Source of the DNA: a virus
Lineage: Duplodnaviria; Heunggongvirae; Uroviricota; Caudoviricetes
Strand: one strand, 5' to 3'
Virus record (IMG/VR): IMGVR_UViG_3300034157_000063
Length of the DNA: 64,000 bases
Positions 57,106 through 64,000 of the stretch are shown in pieces (position 1 is the first letter of the stretch; each line of letters begins with the position of its first letter). Under the pieces are notes generated by a model, which saw nothing but the letters and a program-made list of their open reading frames with translations, did no database searches and was not told the origin of the DNA. A program made the translations under genes and the position numbers.

Positions 57106-57181
57106 GCTTTGGTAGCTCAGCGGTAAGAGCAGCGGTCCCTAAAACCGATGGTCACGGGTTCGAATCCCGTCCTTAGCACCA
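57106..57181 (+). tRNA. Atypical tRNA with CUA anticodon (amber-suppressor-like)
   Basis: D and T arms canonical; anticodon arm CGGT-CCCTAAA-ACCG gives C33 and CUA at 34-36; acceptor GCTTTGG/CCTTAGC has two U-U mismatches; CCA. Confidence 0.75.
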
Positions 57182-57189
57182 GTTTTTCT

Positions 57190-57320
57190 ACGCCGTTCGA
57201 TTTGCTGAATCCGATTAAGTTTGGACACCGAATTGACTAGTGTGTTGCAAGTTACTAGGAAAATCGCCAGAAACACTTGTGTTTTAGTGCGAGGATGCTG
57301 TTAGCTTACGCAGCGGGTAG
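57190..57320 (+). ncRNA. Candidate structured RNA between tRNA genes
   Basis: GC-enriched non-coding stretch with consecutive hairpins (TCCGA/TTGGA, CTAGT/ACTAG, TCGC..AAACA-CTTG-TGTTT..GCGA, GCTGT/GCAGC). Confidence 0.35.
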
Positions 57321-57328
57321 AATTTTAC

Positions 57329-57412
57329 GCCCGAGTGGTGGAATGGTAGACGCGGGGGACTTAAAATCCCCTTCCTTACGGAGTGCCGGTTCGAGTCCGG
57401 CCTCGGGCACCA
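57329..57412 (+). tRNA. tRNA-Leu(UAA)
   Basis: GCCCGAG/CTCGGGC; GGGGA-CTTAAAA-TCCCC; long variable arm; CCA. Confidence 0.95.
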
Positions 57413-57486
57413 GTTTTGATGGATTAAAACAATTCTTAATGTTAAAAGAACTTAATTGTTCAAAGAACTTAACTAGAGGATTTTTT

Positions 57487-57690
57487 ATGGATACTATTTT
57501 GAAAGTGTATACTTGTGATTTTGGATGGATGGGAAGCATTGTTGTATTAGCTACATCAAAGGAAGACGCTCGCAAGTTGATGGAAAAGTATGATAACTAT
57601 CGCTGTAATGTTTGTAATGGTGAAGAACCTGAAATTGAAGAGTTCGCTCTTGAAGCTGGGTTCGTTCATTGTGATTATGGTGATACGTGA
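57487..57690 (+). CDS. Small hypothetical protein
   Basis: GAGGA SD before ATG 57487; the upstream part of the track ORF overlaps tRNA-Leu and is spurious. Confidence 0.65.
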   Translation: MDTILKVYTCDFGWMGSIVVLATSKEDARKLMEKYDNYRCNVCNGEEPEIEEFALEAGFVHCDYGDT

Positions 57691-57714
57691 TTTAAAAGAG
57701 CTTCGGCTCTCTAC

Positions 57715-57791
57715 GGGATTTTAGCTCAGTTGGTTAGAGCATCCGACTCATAATCGGCAGGTCGTAAGTTCAAGTCTTACAAGTCCCACCA
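57715..57791 (+). tRNA. tRNA(CAU), probably Ile2, copy 2
   Basis: Near-identical to 56942..57018 with a compensatory T-stem change; CCA. Confidence 0.9.
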
Positions 57792-57813
57792 AATTAAGAT
57801 AATAGGATTACTT

Positions 57814-58065
57814 ATGAACAGTAATGATTTAATAAAATGGCAAGATAAAAACGAACGTCTTAATAAAGATGTCGAATTAACACTTGGTGTTCAATTAAAG
57901 GATTCTGCTGGTCATTGTGGGGTTGTTGTTAGGTTAGAACCGCCGACTGAATCATTTCAAGGCTGTATTTACGTTTGGCAGTCAGATAGAATTGGTTATG
58001 GTGACGATAATTGTGAGCATTATACCTACCATTACTGGAAACGTAATTTGCGTGTTGTTGAATAG
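57814..58065 (+). CDS. Small hypothetical protein
   Basis: AGGA SD; 83 aa. Confidence 0.65.
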   Translation: MNSNDLIKWQDKNERLNKDVELTLGVQLKDSAGHCGVVVRLEPPTESFQGCIYVWQSDRIGYGDDNCEHYTYHYWKRNLRVVE

Positions 58066-58082
58066 TAAAATATAGATTATAT

Positions 58083-58158
58083 TGGCGAATAGCTCAGTTG
58101 GTAGAGCAGGTGACTGTTAATCACCGGGTCACAGGTTCGAGTCCTGTTTCGCCAGCCA
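58083..58158 (+). tRNA. tRNA-Asn(GUU)
   Basis: TGGCGAA/TTCGCCA; GGTGA-CTGTTAA-TCACC; G73; CCA. Confidence 0.95.
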
Positions 58159-58176
58159 TATTAAGAGGTGCATGTT

Positions 58177-58500
58177 ATGGGATTAGGTCTAATACCAAAG
58201 TATGGTTTCTCATACAAAAAAGCATTTGATGAACGAGACTCTTCATTTTTTGAAAATCTCGAAAATTTTAACATCAGTCATGAAAGTGCTGACTTAACCT
58301 ACACTTTTGATTTTTCATCAATGATGTGGGTTTATGAAGGTGAGACATTTTTTATTGGTAATGACCTAGTTCCAAGTAACGTGTTAAAATTAGCAGTCCG
58401 TGAAGCCTTTATTAAAATTCTGGCGTCTGGCACTATTCCAGCCGATTACTGCAACGTTGCAGATTGGGAAGAAGGTTTAATTTTCCAAGTAATAAGTTAA
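58177..58500 (+). CDS. Hypothetical protein
   Basis: GAGGT SD; lies between tRNAs. Confidence 0.6.
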   Translation: MGLGLIPKYGFSYKKAFDERDSSFFENLENFNISHESADLTYTFDFSSMMWVYEGETFFIGNDLVPSNVLKLAVREAFIKILASGTIPADYCNVADWEEGLIFQVIS

Positions 58501-58512
58501 CAAGTTTTATAT

Positions 58513-58588
<76 letters not shown>

Positions 58589-58609
58589 ATTTCCAACGAG
58601 GTGATAACA

Positions 58610-58837
58610 ATGAAAACTATTCCAGAAAAAGATGTTTTAATTTGTATTTATTGCCTCGAAATGCAAGAACATCCTGCTATTGACTACATTCCTTTCAATC
58701 CTAATCTCCAAGGTAGTGCAAAGCCCACACACAGCCCATCCGTTCAAGAAGAAAAATGCATTGAATGCGATTCTACGCTGTATCTTAAATTGAATGACAA
58801 CCATACAATATCAATCGCTAATACGCCATACATGTAA
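58610..58837 (+). CDS. Small Zn-ribbon protein (CxxC...CxxC)
   Basis: CIYC and CIEC; GAGGT SD; similar architecture to 60765..61010. Confidence 0.65.
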   Translation: MKTIPEKDVLICIYCLEMQEHPAIDYIPFNPNLQGSAKPTHSPSVQEEKCIECDSTLYLKLNDNHTISIANTPYM

Positions 58838-58900
58838 CAATGTTCAGTTGCTTTTTTTTCATGTTGACACATAATGACTGTATAACAGTGGTGTATAGTC

Positions 58901-59692
58901 ATGGCAACAGCAGAAATCGACATAGATTCAGAGATTAAGAATTACTTTCTCGATTATTTAGTGAGCGAACTGAATATAGACGAAATCCATTATGAACTTA
59001 TTAAACCAAAACGACGTTGTGTTTTTAGAATACGAATCAAGGGTGCTATTGAAAATTTAGTGGTTGAATATCAAGAAGACTTTATTGGTGAATATTCTGT
59101 TTACTTTAAAACAACCGCCAGCAGTGAATTTTTTGAAAGCTTTCTTAATCCTATTTTGAAAACCAAAACTATAGATTATGCCGAACGCTTTAATTTAATG
59201 TTTAATAAACTCGAACAGACTGGCACAAAATTTAAAGTCTTTAAAAAGATAACAATGGTCAGCAATTCAATTCTTTCCACTAGGATTCAATTGGATAGAC
59301 TTTCTGGTGTTGAATATAATGTCGTGAGTTCTCATCGTAATATCTCAATGGCTGTTAATGAAAACCTCTATACTCATCAAAAAAAGATTCATAATTTTAA
59401 GACAATGATATATTTCACATTCAAAAAAGGTATTTTGTCAGCGGATTGTTTAGTGTTCAACCAGTCTATGAGTAATGATAAGGTTGACGCTGTTGAATTA
59501 TGGATATCGAATAATGAAGCTGTATTTACAAAAAATTTAAGATATTTTCAAAAGCAACTTGAAGATTTTGCACTTCATGAATTATTTTATCCAATCCATA
59601 TACATTATGGCATTCCATTTAATCAAATTATTGCAATGACAGAAGAAGAATTAAAACCTTATGTTGATGTTGTTAGTATGCTAAGAATATGA
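58901..59692 (+). CDS. Hypothetical protein with C-terminal MxxI motif (DVVSMLRI)
   Basis: 263 aa ORF. Confidence 0.75.
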   Translation: MATAEIDIDSEIKNYFLDYLVSELNIDEIHYELIKPKRRCVFRIRIKGAIENLVVEYQEDFIGEYSVYFKTTASSEFFESFLNPILKTKTIDYAERFNLMFNKLEQTGTKFKVFKKITMVSNSILSTRIQLDRLSGVEYNVVSSHRNISMAVNENLYTHQKKIHNFKTMIYFTFKKGILSADCLVFNQSMSNDKVDAVELWISNNEAVFTKNLRYFQKQLEDFALHELFYPIHIHYGIPFNQIIAMTEEELKPYVDVVSMLRI

Positions 59693-59699
59693 GTGTTCT

Positions 59700-60707
59700 A
59701 TGATTAATGTATTGAAGAACCTGTTTGGCAGAAACACTTTGTCAGTCAATAACCTTATTAAAGTCAAAAAGGTTAATGATGTTCAGTTTACTGCAGAAGC
59801 TAAAAATGGACTGTTTGCTGAAATAGATATTAAAGATGGTTATATGTTTGTGACCATTAAAGATAGAGGTAGCAGTAGCACCATGAATTACTGCACGCAA
59901 AAAATAGATGAGACTGTTGATAATCATCATTATGTCCTCAATCAGTTAGCTGATAATATCTTTTTTCAATTTGATAGAAAAACATTTCCCTATCTCAGAA
60001 ATAGATATGCCGCTATTTTTACAAACCATCCAAACGTATTGAATATGTTCTTAGGTGGTGTTGAAGAAGATACAGATAAATCACCATCCATTCAGTATTT
60101 TAATGACATCTACTATCCAGAAGTGGCTATTGTAAAAAAATCAGTCATCAAGAATATCAACAAAGTCACCTTTTGTTTATTGTCATCTACTAAAAAAGCT
60201 GTAAATAGAGCACATTTCTATATCGTTAATGATCAGCTATTTGAAGTGGGGAGATTTAGTGACTTTAGTTCCATACCCTGTTTAAAAGATAAAATGAATG
60301 AATATGGCAACATGATTGACACTCGAAAGGTTCGTATTCTAAAACACAACTATAATGCCTGCCTACTGATTAAAGACGGTTTGAAGTATCGACTGGTTGT
60401 AGAAGATTTTAATGAACTTGATAATGATAATTTGAAAGACAGAAAAATGACCGATGATACCACCATTAAATTTTTTGAATTCACTTATGAGAAAGGTGTC
60501 ATTCTACAGAAATCAGTGGTGTTTAATGATGAAGCCCTTCAAAAATATCAGCAAGAGTTTTTGAGTGTGTATAGTAAACGTATAAATTATTGTCGATCTT
60601 ATTATCCATCGCTGCAGACTTATGCAACACTTGAAAAAATGGGGATGGATGACACACTTCCACTGGATGAGAATACTCTTCTTCTTCTTTCTATGTATGA
60701 AATATAA
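59700..60707 (+). CDS. Hypothetical protein with C-terminal MxxI motif (LLLSMYEI)
   Basis: 335 aa ORF. Confidence 0.75.
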   Translation: MINVLKNLFGRNTLSVNNLIKVKKVNDVQFTAEAKNGLFAEIDIKDGYMFVTIKDRGSSSTMNYCTQKIDETVDNHHYVLNQLADNIFFQFDRKTFPYLRNRYAAIFTNHPNVLNMFLGGVEEDTDKSPSIQYFNDIYYPEVAIVKKSVIKNINKVTFCLLSSTKKAVNRAHFYIVNDQLFEVGRFSDFSSIPCLKDKMNEYGNMIDTRKVRILKHNYNACLLIKDGLKYRLVVEDFNELDNDNLKDRKMTDDTTIKFFEFTYEKGVILQKSVVFNDEALQKYQQEFLSVYSKRINYCRSYYPSLQTYATLEKMGMDDTLPLDENTLLLLSMYEI

Positions 60708-60764
60708 TAACACTTTATTTTTGAAATTTACGTGTTAAACTTGATCATTCATTAGGTAATCATT

Positions 60765-61010
60765 ATGATAATATATGATAAATTAGACATTCTTCATTGT
60801 CCGCATTGTAAGCGTTCACAAGATAATTGTGTGATTGATTTTGTTCAAACAGTCTATGACCCATCAGGTATTCATCGTTTTCCAGCCAAAACACATTATA
60901 CACGACAATGTATGTTTTGTTTGAAAGTGTATTATATTAAGGCACTGCGAAATGGACAAGTAGCCATAGATATTAATGACTACGTTATTAAAGATTTTAA
61001 TTTGTATTAG
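60765..61010 (+). CDS. Small Zn-ribbon protein (CPHC...CMFC)
   Basis: Two CxxC pairs; AGGT SD. Confidence 0.65.
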   Translation: MIIYDKLDILHCPHCKRSQDNCVIDFVQTVYDPSGIHRFPAKTHYTRQCMFCLKVYYIKALRNGQVAIDINDYVIKDFNLY

Positions 61011-61440
61011 TGTTCTTTCTTTCTAAGTAGAAATCCAAATATTTCTTTGGTCTTTCTTTAAAGGCTCGTTTGTTACCAATTTTAAATGAGCTATCAAATG
61101 CTGAATAGGCTTCATCATATTGTTTTAATTCATAACACACCATTCCCAGATCCATAAAGCCACCTGTATCTATTTTAGATGTTTGACCCGCCATTGATAT
61201 TTTTATCCATTCTTTTGCTTTGTTATATTCCTGAGTATCAAAATACACCTGATATAAGCAGCCTGCTATCCAATAAGTCAGGAATGACCATTGTTTATCA
61301 TCTGGCAACTTTTCCCATCCTTCTTGATAATGATCGAGAGCAACGGTGTAAAGGTTTGATTCATGAAATACATTACCTTCTTCAACTATTTCTATAATCT
61401 CTTTTTCTAACTCTGTATTGATTTCACTCAGTTCTTTCAT
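60997..61440 (-). CDS. TPR-repeat protein
   Basis: ALDHYQEGW, YFDTQEYNKAKEW and LGMVCYELKQYDEAYSAF TPR patterns. Confidence 0.75.
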   Translation of the reverse strand: MKELSEINTELEKEIIEIVEEGNVFHESNLYTVALDHYQEGWEKLPDDKQWSFLTYWIAGCLYQVYFDTQEYNKAKEWIKISMAGQTSKIDTGGFMDLGMVCYELKQYDEAYSAFDSSFKIGNKRAFKERPKKYLDFYLERKNTNTN

Positions 61441-62228
61441 ATTTTTACCATCCTCAATAGTGTTATGTCATCTTGGTTAAATGCTGTTCTGTCATTACCA
61501 AGATGTTTTTTTATCATCGGTAAATAAATAGCTAAGAACTTATCATCCACTATTTTTTGAAACTCTTCAATATCTTTCATCATAATTAATTCGTCAGATT
61601 CTTTAAATTTGACCGCAATCATTAATTTATCATCTAGTTTCACAACGTTAACAATTACTTTTAGATTGCTGGTCATTGGATAGTTTATGATATACCACTC
61701 TAATAAACTACAGTCATCTAATATAAAATACTGTCTTTTTATATAGGTTGGTCCATGTTTACTCCATGCACCTTTACCACAGATACCTACAATGTCATAC
61801 ACCGTTTTAAAAAAAACTTCCGGTGTCACTTCGTTTCTGTTTTTTAATAGTTTCTTTATTTTCTTTTCATGAACTTTATTTTTATCTTTATTATAAATCC
61901 CATACTTCTCACCTGTTTTATTAATGATACTAATGATAGAAAACAAATCAGATTCTTTCATTTCATGAGATTTAAAATGATTGAATGTTTTAAGAAGTTC
62001 GGTTTGATCCCGACCTAAAAAATATATTTGTCTATTATTGTTGTATACTCTTAAATGCATGAAAGGATGAGCTAGACTGGCCGGAGATTTTATGTCATAA
62101 AATTCGTATTCAACAATCCCCTCACTGCCTTTTTCGACAATAGGTTCATTTGAGAAATTAGGCACATTCTTATCAAGGAACTGTAATAAGTTCTCTATAT
62201 TGAAATCTGTTTCAAAAATATTGTCCAT
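61437..62228 (-). CDS. Hypothetical protein with C-terminal MxxI motif (TLLRMVKI)
   Basis: AAGGTG SD; ATGA overlap with the TPR gene. Confidence 0.75.
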   Translation of the reverse strand: MDNIFETDFNIENLLQFLDKNVPNFSNEPIVEKGSEGIVEYEFYDIKSPASLAHPFMHLRVYNNNRQIYFLGRDQTELLKTFNHFKSHEMKESDLFSIISIINKTGEKYGIYNKDKNKVHEKKIKKLLKNRNEVTPEVFFKTVYDIVGICGKGAWSKHGPTYIKRQYFILDDCSLLEWYIINYPMTSNLKVIVNVVKLDDKLMIAVKFKESDELIMMKDIEEFQKIVDDKFLAIYLPMIKKHLGNDRTAFNQDDITLLRMVKI

Positions 62229-62362
62229 TGTTTATCACCTTGTTATCATCCTACATGTTACCATAGGTCTTGAAATAAATCCATTTATCTCTTAAAAAAT
62301 CATCAATTCTTGTATTTTTACTATTATATGGTAGACTTCGATAAAATATACTAGGAGTGCAT

Positions 62363-62929
62363 ATGATTAAATTATCTTTAATGACGGCCTTTTTATTATT
62401 ACCTTTTCAAATGGCTAACGCAGATCCATTAGAAACAACCGACGCCTTTTATTCAGAAAAGCCGATGGTCTATGTGTCGCCATCAGAACGAGTGAAGACT
62501 TTAGTTTTTACCGTTAATTCAAGTCCTATCTCTGATAATGTCTCTATTAAAACTGTAAAACGTGATAAAGACAATGATTCAGCTTATGTGTATGAATCAA
62601 AGTTTGTTTATTGTCTCGTTGAAAAAGACATCAATTCTATTCATGCAGAAAGCAGTATAAAAAAAACCTGTATCAATGAGTATGGAGAAGGTTCCGAAAG
62701 TTTAGTGAATGATACTAAATTAGATTTAACCAAAGTGAGATATTTAGAGTATTCTATTCCAGCCGGTAAAAGACTTGATTACTTTTTATTAGATCCAGTT
62801 GAAATGGGGAAACCTAGCCTTGACTATATTGATTTACTTCCAGATGAAAAACGTAGAGCTTACCTTATTTATGGGTTCACACCAGTTAGTGGTGAAGTTA
62901 AACAAAACATAATCTATATTTTAAAATAA
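62363..62929 (+). CDS. Exported protein with signal peptide
   Basis: MIKLSLMTAFLLLPFQMANA-D; AGGAG SD. Confidence 0.7.
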   Translation: MIKLSLMTAFLLLPFQMANADPLETTDAFYSEKPMVYVSPSERVKTLVFTVNSSPISDNVSIKTVKRDKDNDSAYVYESKFVYCLVEKDINSIHAESSIKKTCINEYGEGSESLVNDTKLDLTKVRYLEYSIPAGKRLDYFLLDPVEMGKPSLDYIDLLPDEKRRAYLIYGFTPVSGEVKQNIIYILK

Positions 62930-63077
62930 TAAGCAAATTCAAAAAGAAAGCCACTCTATGTGGTTTTTCTTATCTAGAAATTCATTAAATTATGATCATA
63001 ATATTATATATTGAAATGATATTTTTAATTCATAATTTTTATGCTAAATTGTATCATAATAAAAAGGAGAACGATTT

Positions 63078-63590
63078 ATGTTGAAAAAAATTTTATTATT
63101 ATCCTGTGTTTTGACAGGGACTTCTTATGCTTACGCAAATACAGAAACTGTCACTGATCCTGTTGTTGTTACGAACAGTCCATATTTTGAAATATCGGTG
63201 AAAGTCGATAAAAAAGATACTGAATCGAAAGGTATCAGTAATTTTCAAAATCCACTTCTTTTAGGATTATTCAAACCATCAAAGTCTGAAACATGTAATT
63301 TAGATGCACTTCCAGAATATCTGATGGTATCTGTTATGCCAATAGATATTAAAGAAGATAAATCAAAAAACACTTTGTTAAATACAATTCTTATATTTAA
63401 TCCAGTAAATTATGATCAAGAAAAACCTTTTGCTTATCGGACTTATCAAGAAAGAGACTTATGCCAACTATTTCAGAAAAATGAAGAAAATGCAATTCAT
63501 ATGTCATACTCGTTATACTTAGATAAACCTACTACACTTGAATTACCAACAGGTGACAAACTTATTTTTGAAGCGAAGGAAATAAAATAA
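63078..63590 (+). CDS. Exported protein with signal peptide
   Basis: MLKKILLLSCVLTGTSYAYA-N; AAGGAG SD. Confidence 0.7.
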   Translation: MLKKILLLSCVLTGTSYAYANTETVTDPVVVTNSPYFEISVKVDKKDTESKGISNFQNPLLLGLFKPSKSETCNLDALPEYLMVSVMPIDIKEDKSKNTLLNTILIFNPVNYDQEKPFAYRTYQERDLCQLFQKNEENAIHMSYSLYLDKPTTLELPTGDKLIFEAKEIK

Positions 63591-63595
63591 AACAT

Positions 63596-63621
63596 AAAAA
63601 AAGCCACATCGAGTGGCTTTT
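63596..63621. terminator. Bidirectional terminator
   Basis: AAAAAAAGCCAC-ATCGA-GTGGCTTTT between convergent genes. Confidence 0.75.
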
Positions 63622-63633
63622 ATTTTTCCCTGC

Positions 63634-64000
63634 TTATTTATATTTATTAATTAATTCATCTAATTCTTGTTCAGTAAAACTACCTAACTTATTTATAACC
63701 GATCTGAAACGATAACGTGTCATGTCTGGCCCCAGTAAGCTCATTGCATCAATTACTGAAATAGAATTTAGTGACCCAGTAATAATCACAAACACCAATG
63801 GCATAATATCTTTCAATTTTAGATTCATTTTAGCGGCTGACGCTTTTAATGTATCCAGTATTTGAACTTCATTCCATTTCTTCAATGCTTCAATATCCCA
63901 TAACATGACTTGAATGGCTTCTTTCACTTCTGCCTCTGTTAATTTCTTGTGCGTTAGTAATGAAGTATCATATTTCAAATCACCACTATACATGAAGGCC
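63634..64000 (-). CDS. gltX: Glutamate--tRNA ligase, C-terminal anticodon-binding domain (partial; runs off the window)
   Basis: LKLKDIMPLVFVIITGSLNSISVIDAMSLLGPDMTRYRF matches the GluRS anticodon-binding helix cage, Pseudomonas-like; frame is open to the window edge. Confidence 0.8.
   Translation of the reverse strand, partial: AFMYSGDLKYDTSLLTHKKLTEAEVKEAIQVMLWDIEALKKWNEVQILDTLKASAAKMNLKLKDIMPLVFVIITGSLNSISVIDAMSLLGPDMTRYRFRSVINKLGSFTEQELDELINKYK

Noticed and set aside
57277-57575. Track ORFs 57277..57690 (5' part) and 57306..57575 (-)
   Set aside because: They overlap tRNA-Leu; only 57487..57690 has an SD and plausible composition.

Overview
Strongly AT-rich, densely coding segment of a large mobile element, either a jumbo phage or a megaplasmid. 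No virion, replication or housekeeping operons are visible. The host is probably a gammaproteobacterium, since the GluRS C-terminus and a beta-barrel OMP look Pseudomonas-like. Recognisable genes centre on translation and NAD metabolism: nicotinamidase, a Thg1-like tRNA repair polymerase, ArgRS, a catalytic-core-only GlyRS-like protein, CysRS, the 3' end of GluRS, NADAR and seven tRNA genes (Arg-UCU, two CAU/Ile2-like, an atypical CUA amber-suppressor-like tRNA, Leu-UAA, Asn-GUU, Thr-UGU). The rest is mostly orphan ORFs, many in paralogous pairs, often with their own sigma70-like promoter and intrinsic terminator. Main observations: (1) 22 orphan proteins, plus 3 variants, share a C-terminal signature [LIV]-x-x-M-x-x-[IFYVM]-stop, suggesting an undescribed sorting, packaging or translocation signal; (2) unannotated cognate-amino-acid leader peptides lie in front of the aaRS genes, namely a complete Gly-Gly attenuator before the GlyRS-like gene and an Arg-Arg leader before argS; (3) a heme-oxygenase-like/SAM-transferase fusion next to a GNAT; (4) a two-gene module whose first protein has a ubiquitin-like C-terminal Gly; (5) secretion-ATPase remnants inside orphan genes; (6) candidate structured RNAs. 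All calls come from reading motifs by eye; no searches were run.
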